From Algoriphagus sp. (GTDB lineage Bacteria > Bacteroidota > Bacteroidia > Cytophagales > Cyclobacteriaceae), in the NCBI GenBank assembly GCA_017858365.1, contig JAFMBQ010000001.1:4052-68051 (forward strand): DNA of 64,000 bases, read 5' to 3'. The position numbers and the translations under genes are program-made. Below the pieces are notes generated by a model. The model did not search any database, was not told where the DNA came from, and saw only the letters and a list, made by a program, of their open reading frames with translations. Below are positions 55,227-64,000 of the stretch, piece after piece (positions within the stretch are counted from its first letter, which is position 1; the number at the start of each line of letters is the position of its first letter).

Positions 55227-57833
55227 CTAAGCTTCAATCTTATTCTTGATCTCATGTAGCTTCAATAAGGCTTCAATTGGTGAAATCGAATTGATATCAA
55301 TTTTTTCGATCATTTCTTTTGCTTCTTTGAATTTAGGGTCAAGTTCAAACATGCTCAGCTGGAAATTATTTTTAGGGATAGATTTCAGATTTTCCTTTCC
55401 TTTTTTCACAGACTTATCCTGCTCCAAATGTGTCATTATTTCGGCTGCTCGCAACACAATTGGATTCGGCATTCCGGCCATTTGGGCTACATGAATTCCA
55501 AAACTATGCTCGCTTCCTCCAGGCTTTAATTTTCGCATGAAAATCACTTTATCACCTACCTCTTTTACCGATACATTGAAATTTTTGATCTTGGGAAAAT
55601 CAGCAGCAAGTTGATTCAACTCATGGTAATGGGTCGCAAAAAGAGTCTTTGCTTTAAATGAAGGGTGATTATGCAAGTACTCGACAATGGACCAAGCTAT
55701 AGAAACCCCGTCATAAGTCGAGGTTCCTCGTCCGATTTCATCCATCAATACTAAACTTCGGTCTGAAAGATTATTTAAAATACTCGCTGTTTCGGTCATT
55801 TCAACCATAAAAGTCGATTCCCCTTTGGATAAATTATCTGAGGCTCCCACTCGAGTAAAAACCTTATCAATTATTCCTATTCGAGCAAACGAAGCCGGCA
55901 CAAAAGAGCCCATTTGAGCCATCAAGACAATCAATGCAGTCTGTCTAAGTAGAGCTGACTTACCGGCCATATTTGGCCCCGTAATAATGATGATCTGTTG
56001 GGTATCATTATCTAGGTAGATATCATTTGGCACATATTGTTCGCCATGAGCCAACTGCCTCTCGATGACTGGATGACGACCTTCTTTGATTTCGAGGGTT
56101 TCTGTATCGGAGATCTTTGGTCGACAATAATTGTTTGAATTAGCTACCATAGCAAATGATAGCAGCGCATCCAAAGTACCCAACACCCTTGCATTCTGCT
56201 GAATTTGAATGACATACTGAGCTGCTTCTTCCACTAATGCCTGGAAATACCGTTGCTCGATCCCCACCATTTTTTCTTCCGCATTGAGGATTTTTTCCTC
56301 GTATTCCTTTAGTTCTGGAGTGATGTAGCGCTCTGCATTTACTAAGGTCTGCTTTCTAATCCATTCTTGTGGAACCTTGTCTTTGTGCGCGTGAGTAACT
56401 TCCAAGAAATAGCCAAATACCTTATTAAATGCAATTTTTAAAGAAGTGATCCCCGTATTTTCAATTTCTCTTTTCTGGATTCGGATCAAAAAATCCTTGC
56501 CAGAAGTAGCTAATCCTCGGTACTCATCGAGTTCAGGATCCACACCATCTCTAATAATGCCTCCTTGGTGTGTGAGCATAGGGGTATCTTCTTTCAATTC
56601 TTTATCGATTTTCTCAAGCAAAAACTCACAGAGGTGCAATTGATCGCTGAGCTTTTTTAGCGTAGGATTCTTTTGAGTTTTGAGGAGTTCCTTGATCGGC
56701 TTAGTGACCAAAAGAGCTTTTTTGATTTGATTGAGTTCTCTTGGATTAGCACGGCCCACGACCACTTTGGAAATCAATCGCTCCAGATCTCCGATCAATT
56801 TCAAGGAACCTAGAATTTCCTCAATTAAAGTTGGATTTTGAAAAAAGAAATCGACCACATTCAGCCGCTCTTCAATCAGGTTCTTCTCTTTTAATGGCAG
56901 CACTAACCACTTTTTCATCATCCGCGATCCCATCGGAGTGACCGTCTTATCGAGGATAGAAATCAGAGGAACGCCCCCTTCATGCTGTGCAAATACCAGC
57001 TCTAAGTTTCTGATGGTAAACTTATCGAGCCAAACATATTTCTCCTCAGCGATTCTTGAGATCGAAGAAATATGTTGAATCTCCTTATGCTCTGTTTCCT
57101 CGAGGTAATACAAAATCGCTCCAGCTGCAATAATCCCAGAATCCAACTCTTCGATTCCAAATCCTTTAAGGTTTGCTGTTCCAAAATGCCCCTTAAGTTT
57201 TTCATAGGTGAAATCCTTTTGAAAGACCCAATCCTCGCAATGAAAAGTGATGTATTCATCTTTCAATAAATCAGCAGCTACTTTTTTGGAGGCTTTGGAA
57301 TAGATTATTTCTGAAGGGGCAAAGCTTTGAATCAGCTTTTGCAGGTAGGAAATCTTTCCTTCTGCGCACATAAATTCTCCGGTAGAAAGATCTAGAAAAG
57401 CAATACCATGCACATCCTTTCCAAAATGAATTGAGGCGAGGTAATTGTTTTTTCGAGTATCCAATACCTGATCATTAAATGAAAGTCCTGGAGTAACCAG
57501 TTCTGTAACCCCTCTTTTGACGATCCCCTTGACCGACTTCGGATCTTCTAATTGGTCACAAATCGCAACTCGATTACCGGCTCTAACCAGCTTTGGCAAG
57601 TACGTGTCTAAAGAATGATGTGGAAATCCGGCCAATTCGATGTGAGAAGCTGCGCCATTAGCCCTCTTTGTCAGTACGATATCCAATATTTTGCTTGCTC
57701 TGATCGCATCCTCACCAAAAGTCTCGTAGAAATCTCCAACACGAAATAACAATAGCGCCCCCGGATGCTTTGCTTTGATCGCATTGTATTGCTTCATTAG
57801 TGGAGTTTCGTTTCCGTCTTTTGACTTACTCAT
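55227..57833 (-). CDS. mutS: DNA mismatch repair protein MutS
   Basis: TPLMKQY, FRVGDFYETF, ITGPNMAGKS, STFMVEM, DEIGRGTST, ATHYHEL. Confidence 0.99.
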   Translation of the reverse strand: MSKSKDGNETPLMKQYNAIKAKHPGALLLFRVGDFYETFGEDAIRASKILDIVLTKRANGAASHIELAGFPHHSLDTYLPKLVRAGNRVAICDQLEDPKSVKGIVKRGVTELVTPGLSFNDQVLDTRKNNYLASIHFGKDVHGIAFLDLSTGEFMCAEGKISYLQKLIQSFAPSEIIYSKASKKVAADLLKDEYITFHCEDWVFQKDFTYEKLKGHFGTANLKGFGIEELDSGIIAAGAILYYLEETEHKEIQHISSISRIAEEKYVWLDKFTIRNLELVFAQHEGGVPLISILDKTVTPMGSRMMKKWLVLPLKEKNLIEERLNVVDFFFQNPTLIEEILGSLKLIGDLERLISKVVVGRANPRELNQIKKALLVTKPIKELLKTQKNPTLKKLSDQLHLCEFLLEKIDKELKEDTPMLTHQGGIIRDGVDPELDEYRGLATSGKDFLIRIQKREIENTGITSLKIAFNKVFGYFLEVTHAHKDKVPQEWIRKQTLVNAERYITPELKEYEEKILNAEEKMVGIEQRYFQALVEEAAQYVIQIQQNARVLGTLDALLSFAMVANSNNYCRPKISDTETLEIKEGRHPVIERQLAHGEQYVPNDIYLDNDTQQIIIITGPNMAGKSALLRQTALIVLMAQMGSFVPASFARIGIIDKVFTRVGASDNLSKGESTFMVEMTETASILNNLSDRSLVLMDEIGRGTSTYDGVSIAWSIVEYLHNHPSFKAKTLFATHYHELNQLAADFPKIKNFNVSVKEVGDKVIFMRKLKPGGSEHSFGIHVAQMAGMPNPIVLRAAEIMTHLEQDKSVKKGKENLKSIPKNNFQLSMFELDPKFKEAKEMIEKIDINSISPIEALLKLHEIKNKIEA

Positions 57834-57918
57834 GAGTTGGGCTTAACTTTTATTTCTGGGAAAAATTCGGGTGATTCAAGGCTCAAATTAACGTAATCAA
57901 AAAGGAGTACAAAAAGGG

Positions 57919-58452
57919 ATGAAAAAATTAAGTATGGAAGAGCTCAAAAGACTCTCCCTAGAAGAATATAAGGAAGTAGAAAAGTCACCGATCGTGCTGG
58001 TTTTGGATAATGTGCGAAGCTTAAATAATGTCGGGTCTGCTTTTCGAACAGGAGATGCTTTTCGAATTGAAAAAATATACCTCTGCGGAATCACAGGAAC
58101 ACCACCTCATCGGGATATTCAGAAAACTGCTCTTGGCGCGACTGAATCAGTTGAATGGGAATACCTGCTCAATACCACTCTTGCCGTAGAAAAACTTAAA
58201 TCTGAAGGCTATATTATTTGTGCCTTAGAGCAAGTGGACCGATCAATAATGCTCAATGAATTTGAAGTAAAAGATGCTGAAAAATACGCCTTGATCTTCG
58301 GTAATGAGGTCTTTGGAGTCGAAGATGAAGTCTTAGAAGCCTGTGATTATGTGCTGGAAATTCCTCAATTGGGCACCAAGCATTCGCTAAATATTTCAGT
58401 CTCTTTAGGAATCGCTTTATGGGATTTGATGGTAAAAATGAAGCAGTTTTAA
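57919..58452 (+). CDS. SpoU/TrmH family RNA methyltransferase
   Basis: VLDNVRSLNNVGSAFRT, FGNEVFGV, SLNISV. Confidence 0.9.
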   Translation: MKKLSMEELKRLSLEEYKEVEKSPIVLVLDNVRSLNNVGSAFRTGDAFRIEKIYLCGITGTPPHRDIQKTALGATESVEWEYLLNTTLAVEKLKSEGYIICALEQVDRSIMLNEFEVKDAEKYALIFGNEVFGVEDEVLEACDYVLEIPQLGTKHSLNISVSLGIALWDLMVKMKQF

Positions 58453-58856
58453 TTTCTATTGAAACGGTATCTAATTCCTGTGGAACCCCTAAGAATATCG
58501 ACTTCACCAATCACTCCAGCCATTTCCATTTGGAAACCAAAATTCTTATTTTCGAATGGATATATGTTCAACCCTACTGGAATCACCAGTCCCGAAAAAT
58601 AATTTACCCTAGCTCCCAATCCTCCATAGAACTGATAAGTTTCGTTTTCAATAAAAACATGGTTTATCACAAGCTCTAACCCAGTATATTCAAAACTATT
58701 ATCTACATCAATCCTAAACTCCGGAAGCCATTTTTTGCCTAATTGTTTATTTACAGCTACAAAAGGCCGATTACTGATGTGAAAAGCAGTAGCCCATTGT
58801 GCTTGAACAAATGTGGCTGTTCCGAAGAAAATAATTAGAAAAAAGATTCTTTTCAA
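58449..58856 (-). CDS. Hypothetical small outer-membrane beta-barrel protein
   Basis: Signal peptide; terminal GIRYRF strand. Confidence 0.6.
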   Translation of the reverse strand: MKRIFFLIIFFGTATFVQAQWATAFHISNRPFVAVNKQLGKKWLPEFRIDVDNSFEYTGLELVINHVFIENETYQFYGGLGARVNYFSGLVIPVGLNIYPFENKNFGFQMEMAGVIGEVDILRGSTGIRYRFNRN

Positions 58857-58882
58857 TTGTATAAAATTAAGTGGTATAAATG

Positions 58883-59299
58883 TTAAAGCACTAGGTCGCT
58901 AATTTTAACATGAGTCTTGATCATATTACTACTGGCCTTCGCGACTATTTTCCCAGAATCTTTTTTAATTACGGCCTCCCAATGATTTAGGTTTGCTCCG
59001 GACCGGATTAATTTAGCCTCGACTTGTACTTTCTCACCAAATTTAGCTGAGGATAGAAAATCCACATTCAAATTGATCGAGCTCATTAGATATTCTGAGC
59101 CCATCGCAAAGTTTGCGATTCCGATCACATCGTCCAGCATCAGTGAAGAAATACCTCCGTGAAGGATTCGCCCAGGGTTGCAGAACTCTTTCCTGACTTC
59201 AAATTCAACTTTTGCATAGCCAAATTCAACTTCCAGAAGCGTCCCTGCTAACCAATTTCCAGCTGTAGGAGTAGTATTGATCAGCTCTTTACCAATCAT
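58883..59299 (-). CDS. PaaI-family thioesterase (hotdog fold)
   Basis: NPGRILHGGISSLMLDD. Confidence 0.88.
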   Translation of the reverse strand: MIGKELINTTPTAGNWLAGTLLEVEFGYAKVEFEVRKEFCNPGRILHGGISSLMLDDVIGIANFAMGSEYLMSSINLNVDFLSSAKFGEKVQVEAKLIRSGANLNHWEAVIKKDSGKIVAKASSNMIKTHVKISDLVL

Positions 59300-59352
59300 T
59301 TTTTTTAAAATATGTCAATTGTGGATTCTGTTTCTCACTCATTGTCAAACAA

Positions 59353-59937
59353 TTAGTCTGTTAAATTTTTATAATCTTCCAAAATTGCCTTTATGGCTTC
59401 TTTTTCTTTTGAAGAAGTCCATATCGGTATCCACCCTTCATCTATTTGCAATTCAATCTGCTCGGAACCTTCAATCGCAGCTTGTAAAATTTTACAATAC
59501 CTCAAATGATCCGATTTATTTCCATTTTCGAAGGAATAGCTTTCTAAACCATTAGTAGATTTCAGTCTAATCGTTATCGGCCAATCCGAATTTATAGGTT
59601 CGAGGTAAATATAAGCTTCATCTTTCCCTGGGTTGAGGATTAGGATTAGCGACAAGTTTAGATTGTCATCTTTATCGCCAAAAGCCTTGTTTCGAAAAAT
59701 CTGCATTCCTGCATCTCTTCTGACTTCTCGTTCATAATTAATTCCCCGAACATTGCTGAAATACATCCTTGCAGAACTACTCATCCGAAAGGCTTGGTCT
59801 TGGCCAGTATTGTTTGCTCTTCGCTCGTTAAAAAACGAGAAGAAAACAACCAAAGCAACGGATACGAGTCCGAATACTTTGATGATTTTAATAAGTTCGG
59901 GTGTGAGAATAGAATCCGATTTGATCGGCTTTGACAT
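59353..59937 (-). CDS. Hypothetical protein with N-terminal membrane anchor
   Basis: Single TM near the N-terminus; no recognised motif. Confidence 0.6.
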   Translation of the reverse strand: MSKPIKSDSILTPELIKIIKVFGLVSVALVVFFSFFNERRANNTGQDQAFRMSSSARMYFSNVRGINYEREVRRDAGMQIFRNKAFGDKDDNLNLSLILILNPGKDEAYIYLEPINSDWPITIRLKSTNGLESYSFENGNKSDHLRYCKILQAAIEGSEQIELQIDEGWIPIWTSSKEKEAIKAILEDYKNLTD

Positions 59938-59942
59938 GAATA

Positions 59943-61370
59943 TTAAGAGAATTCCTTTTTTGTTTCTTCGAGCTTTTCAAGAAGTAAACTCCAGGCATTT
60001 TGAATATGTTTTTCTGTTACATCAGTCTGTCCAATTACCCATCTGATGACATATTTTCCATCCAATTTAGTATGTGAGAAAAACGCAAGACCTGTGGCAT
60101 TGACGCTATTCATCCAACTCTCATTGAATCTGTTTGCTTCATCAAGCCCTAGTTTTTCTGCAGAAAAGCGGAAGCAGATGGTATTGAAGTTTACAGGAGC
60201 CAAAATTTCCAATTCTGCATGCCCCAAAATAAGCTTTTCGGTGTTTCTGGCTAAAGAAATATGATTTCTCAGCTTTTGTCGAATTCCTTCCAAGCCATAA
60301 GATCTAATCACAAACCAAAGCTTCAACGCTCTAAATCTTCGCCCCAACGGAATCCCCCAATCCCGGTAGTTATTGACTTCCTCGTCTAAACTAGTTTTAA
60401 GGTACTCTGGAGTCATTGAGAACGTATTTACCAAGTAACGCGGTTCTTTGAGGTACATGATGGTACAATCAAAGTTGGTAAACATCCATTTGTGAGGATT
60501 AAACACATAGCTGTCTGCCAATTCATGACCTTCTATTAGTTTCTGATATTCGGGCAGAAGAAGTGCTGTACCAGCAAATGCTGCATCGATATGGTGCCAA
60601 ATATCAAACGAATGGCAGATTTCCGAAATTTCCCGAATAGGATCTACAGCAGTTGAACTGGTCGTCCCTAAAGCTGAAATCACACAAAGTGGTCGAAAGC
60701 CATTTTCTAAGTCTTCTTTAATTGCTTGTTCCAAAGCATCAGGAATCATTGCAAAGTTTTTATCAACAGGAATACGCACCAAGTTAGCAACCCCAATCCC
60801 TGCAATTTTCAGTGCTTTATCAATTGAAGAGTGTACGTGTGCCGAGGAATAAACTCGAAATACCTCACTCTTGGAAAAACCGTTTTCATTAATCTCGTAA
60901 TTGGTCGCTTTCTCCCGAGCTGTCAGCAAGGCACTCAGCGTCGCCGTACTTGCCGTATCATGGATGCAGCCCTTCCAGGATGAATTAATTCCTTTGGCGT
61001 CTCTAATCCAATCGCAGACCCGTTCTTCAAGTTCTGTTGCAGCAGGAGAGGTAAGCCAAGACATGCATTGGGCGCCCATTGTGGACATGAGCATCTCAGC
61101 AAGGATAGAAGGCTCAGAGTTATTCGCAGGGAAGTAGGCAAAAAAAGCAGGATGTTGCCAATGGGTCATCCCAGGGACGATTATTTCTTTGAAATCCTGC
61201 ATGATCTGATCAAAAGACTCCCCTTTTTCCGGTGGATTAAGCGGAAGCTGGTTGATGATCTCTCGAGGGGCTACTCCGGGGGTAACTCGATAATTTTCTT
61301 TTTGCTCCAAATAATCAGCCATCCAATCGACTAACTCATGCGCTCGTTTTCTGAATTCTGATTTTTCCAT
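59943..61370 (-). CDS. Group II PLP-dependent decarboxylase (aromatic L-amino-acid decarboxylase-like)
   Basis: PGMTHWQHPAFFAYF, SPAATELE, HIDAAFAG, FNPHKW (PLP Lys), DWGIPLGRRFRALKLW. Confidence 0.92.
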   Translation of the reverse strand: MEKSEFRKRAHELVDWMADYLEQKENYRVTPGVAPREIINQLPLNPPEKGESFDQIMQDFKEIIVPGMTHWQHPAFFAYFPANNSEPSILAEMLMSTMGAQCMSWLTSPAATELEERVCDWIRDAKGINSSWKGCIHDTASTATLSALLTAREKATNYEINENGFSKSEVFRVYSSAHVHSSIDKALKIAGIGVANLVRIPVDKNFAMIPDALEQAIKEDLENGFRPLCVISALGTTSSTAVDPIREISEICHSFDIWHHIDAAFAGTALLLPEYQKLIEGHELADSYVFNPHKWMFTNFDCTIMYLKEPRYLVNTFSMTPEYLKTSLDEEVNNYRDWGIPLGRRFRALKLWFVIRSYGLEGIRQKLRNHISLARNTEKLILGHAELEILAPVNFNTICFRFSAEKLGLDEANRFNESWMNSVNATGLAFFSHTKLDGKYVIRWVIGQTDVTEKHIQNAWSLLLEKLEETKKEFS

Positions 61371-61376
61371 ATTTAG

Positions 61377-62141
61377 TTAATGAACGTATGAGCCTGCATT
61401 AATGTCAATTGTCGCCCCAGTGGCATGATCTGCCAGCCCAGAACAGAGTAAAGTGACCATCGGAGAGATATCCTCCGGCTTAGTAAGTTCCGAAAGCGCA
61501 ATATCATTCAAGGCAAAACCTTCTCCATATTCCGACAGAATCTCCTCTGCCATATCCGTTCGAGTAAATCCGGGAGCAATCAAAAATGCTTTTATTCCTT
61601 GTTTGCCATAGTGCCGAGCAATCGTACGGGTGATGCTTATAATAGCTCCTTTGGAAGCTGCATAAGCGATGTAATCTGTTGTATCCCCTCTAAATGCCGC
61701 TCTTGAAGAAATGTTGATGATTCTTCCTTGTTGATTTAAGAGCGCTTGATCCACAAATTCCTTGCAAAGAATCGCTAATGCAGTAGTATTAACGGCGAGT
61801 GTCTCGTCCCATATTTGAACCCATTCTTTGGTTTCCAAAGTATCAGGTGCTGACTTAGCGATTCCTGCATTATTTACCAAAGATGTAACCGGACCGTATT
61901 TAGCTACTAATTTCGGGATATACCCAATTACCTCTTTGGTGTTGGAAAGATCACAAGGCTCAAGAAAAGCTGGATTTACAAGTTCATTTAGAAGAGATTC
62001 AGCTTCTTTTATATTCCTATTAAAGTGAATAATGACGATGGCACCAGAGTCTGAAAGTTGCTTTGCAATCGCTCTCCCAATGCCTCTAGAAGCACCAGTA
62101 ACAAGAATTGTCTGATTTTTTAAAGAAATATTCATTCGCAA
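61377..62141 (-). CDS. Short-chain dehydrogenase/reductase
   Basis: TGASRGIG, NNAG, YAASK. Confidence 0.92.
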   Translation of the reverse strand: MRMNISLKNQTILVTGASRGIGRAIAKQLSDSGAIVIIHFNRNIKEAESLLNELVNPAFLEPCDLSNTKEVIGYIPKLVAKYGPVTSLVNNAGIAKSAPDTLETKEWVQIWDETLAVNTTALAILCKEFVDQALLNQQGRIINISSRAAFRGDTTDYIAYAASKGAIISITRTIARHYGKQGIKAFLIAPGFTRTDMAEEILSEYGEGFALNDIALSELTKPEDISPMVTLLCSGLADHATGATIDINAGSYVH

Positions 62142-62218
62142 ACAGAATTAGATGAGTTTTGGGAAGTAAATTATGAAAGGTTCAAAGGCCTGGTTTTGAC
62201 AGATTTAATACCTCTGTT

Positions 62219-62755
62219 TTAAGATTTAACCTGCTGTAGATTTGGTAATTGAACATGTGCCAAGTGATGCATGCCATGCCATGCATACATTAAAGCAACT
62301 TCCCCTAAAGATTGGCTTCGCTGTTTTTCAGGGTGAAAAAAGGTTTTTCGAAAATCAGCTTCCGTCATTGCAGAAAGTATAACTCCCCACTTTTCATGCA
62401 CTGCCTTAATAATTGCCATTGACGATTCAATTCCCATCAATGAGTCCGGTAAGTTTGCCCAAGCAGCTTCATCATATCCCTTGACGGTGGGGTTTTCTTC
62501 TGTCAGCGCTAGTTTAAAACGAATGAAAGCATTCATATGGCTATCTGCAAGATGGTGGATGACTTGCTTGATCATCCAGCCTCCAGGTCTATAAGGAGTG
62601 TCTAAATAAGCTTCATCTTTTCCCACCAAAGCAGTTTCCAAATAGCTTGAGAATTTAATAAGGTAGGATACTGCTTCCTGGATTTGAGTTGAATCGATTG
62701 ATTCTGGGATAACAAATCGCCCAATGGGAAATTTTAAGTGTTCGATGTCTATCAT
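62219..62755 (-). CDS. YfiT/BstA-type bacillithiol transferase (DinB superfamily)
   Basis: LKFPIG, TPYRPGGW, HHLADSH, RFKLALTEENP, WHGMHH. Confidence 0.85.
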   Translation of the reverse strand: MIDIEHLKFPIGRFVIPESIDSTQIQEAVSYLIKFSSYLETALVGKDEAYLDTPYRPGGWMIKQVIHHLADSHMNAFIRFKLALTEENPTVKGYDEAAWANLPDSLMGIESSMAIIKAVHEKWGVILSAMTEADFRKTFFHPEKQRSQSLGEVALMYAWHGMHHLAHVQLPNLQQVKS

Positions 62756-62759
62756 AATT

Positions 62760-63455
62760 TTATTTGCCTCCGGCTGCTAATGTGACCAAATCTACAGTTT
62801 TTGCCTTATTTGCCAATAAGGCATTTGCGCAAGCACACATGGTGGCTCCTGTGGTGAGCACATCGTCTACAAGCATGATGTGATGACTAGCCACTGAGAC
62901 CAAAGGAGAAATTTGGAAAACCTCCTCTACATTTGACATTCGCTCCAATCTGGTTTTGTTGGTTTGTGTTTGCGTAAATTTTTTTCGTTCCAATGCATTT
63001 TCAAGTGGAATAGAAAGTACTTCACTTAAGCCTAAACCGAACTTTTCACTTTGATTATATCCTCGTCGTTTAAGCTTAAGTGGATGTAGCGGGACAGGAA
63101 CAATCAATGTCCAATCCAGAAGACATTCACTTTCGATCAATAATCTACCATAAAGGATTCCCAGCTCATGTGCGAGTTGCGGCTTGTTTTTATACTTCAA
63201 CTTATGCAAGATTTTTTGACTTTTACCTTCTTTAGTAAACTTCAAATAAGCCATAGCTCTTCCTATTTCACTTAAGCCTTTTATTTTTTCGGTAAGATCG
63301 TTGTCTGTAGCACGGAGATGATAACTTGTGACAGGAAATGTTCCGACACAGATGGAACAGAGGGAGTTTTCTCCATCAAAAAGTGTCCTTCCGCACAGCT
63401 CACAGTTTCGCGGAAAAATTAAATCCAAAAAATCTTTGACAAAAAATAAACGCAT
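62760..63455 (-). CDS. comF: ComF family phosphoribosyltransferase-like protein
   Basis: CELC..CSIC zinc ribbon, PVPLH...RGYNQ, VDDVLTTGAT. Confidence 0.9.
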   Translation of the reverse strand: MRLFFVKDFLDLIFPRNCELCGRTLFDGENSLCSICVGTFPVTSYHLRATDNDLTEKIKGLSEIGRAMAYLKFTKEGKSQKILHKLKYKNKPQLAHELGILYGRLLIESECLLDWTLIVPVPLHPLKLKRRGYNQSEKFGLGLSEVLSIPLENALERKKFTQTQTNKTRLERMSNVEEVFQISPLVSVASHHIMLVDDVLTTGATMCACANALLANKAKTVDLVTLAAGGK

Positions 63456-63498
63456 CTCTAAAAAGGCTTGTTGTAAACTCCTACGGATATATTCATGG

Positions 63499-63506
63499 TA
63501 TATTTG
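63499..63506 (+). promoter_or_regulatory. -7 box upstream of the AhpD-like gene
   Basis: TATATTTG. Confidence 0.55.
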
Positions 63507-63536
63507 TATCCCTTTATTTCCTAAACTGTTAATTTA

Positions 63537-63887
63537 ATGAATCCAATAGAAGAATTCAATGACTATCGTAGCAAAATGAATGAAAGTATTCTAGCTGCAG
63601 ATAATAAAGTCATTAAACGTTTTTTCAATTTAGATACTAACGCCTATGCGGCTGGTGAAATCGATGTAAAAACAAAAGAAATGATTGGGCTAGCCTGTTC
63701 TATGGTTTTGAGATGTGATGACTGCATCAAATATCATTTAGGAAAATGCTATGAAGTAAAAATCAACAAAGCTGAAATATTTGAGGTTTTTTCAATTGCG
63801 ACACTTATCGGTGGATCGATCGTAATTCCTCATTTAAGAAGGGCAACTGAATATTGGGAAGAATTGGAAAAAACAAACTTAATATGA
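63537..63887 (+). CDS. Carboxymuconolactone decarboxylase / AhpD-like protein
   Basis: KTKEMIGL...RCDDCIKYH (CxxC), GGSIVIPH. Confidence 0.85.
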   Translation: MNPIEEFNDYRSKMNESILAADNKVIKRFFNLDTNAYAAGEIDVKTKEMIGLACSMVLRCDDCIKYHLGKCYEVKINKAEIFEVFSIATLIGGSIVIPHLRRATEYWEELEKTNLI

Positions 63888-64000
63888 AAAGAGATTTAGA
63901 GCTCGAAAAGCGTTGGTCAAAACTGCTAGATGGATTAAAGGAAACCATCGGAAAGAAACCTGCGGACTTAAACGGCGTTCTCTTCCTTATTGGGGTTCAA
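63884..64000 (+). CDS. Hypothetical protein, 5' fragment running off the window
   Basis: ATG overlaps the upstream stop; open frame MKRDLELEKRWSKLLDGLKETIGKKPADLNGVLFLIGVQ. Confidence 0.65.
   Translation, partial: MKRDLELEKRWSKLLDGLKETIGKKPADLNGVLFLIGVQ

Overview
Mostly core-genome segment of a Bacteroidota bacterium, most likely Cytophagales/Cyclobacteriaceae (Algoriphagus-like). This is inferred from gldJ, TAnnTTTG -7 promoter boxes, the long SecA and the gene content; no database was searched. About 70 CDSs: housekeeping genes (ndk, mfd, secA, dapF, mutS, uppP), a molybdopterin operon (moeA-TSUP-moaD-moeB/rhodanese-moaE-moaC/mogA-moaA), three tandem FKBP lipoproteins after a DHH phosphoesterase, a lemA-TPM-TPM operon, redox genes (oxyR-like, ohrR-ohr, exported Mn-type SOD, AhpD-like, YfiT/BstA), several peptidases, tRNA-Gly(GCC) and tRNA-Leu(TAA). 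I found no CRISPR array, transposase, integrase or prophage. The most unusual element is a ~520 bp cassette (40311-40831): a GxxExxY PD-(D/E)xK nuclease-family gene between inverted arms built from degenerate 8-nt units, 5 bp upstream of a quinone oxidoreductase start codon. Other notable observations: a duplicated palindromic operator for a small winged-helix regulator operon, a DeoC-like protein lacking the second catalytic lysine, a decayed LuxR fragment, and TonB-C proteins carrying a TonB-box-like motif. Product calls come from motif recognition by eye.
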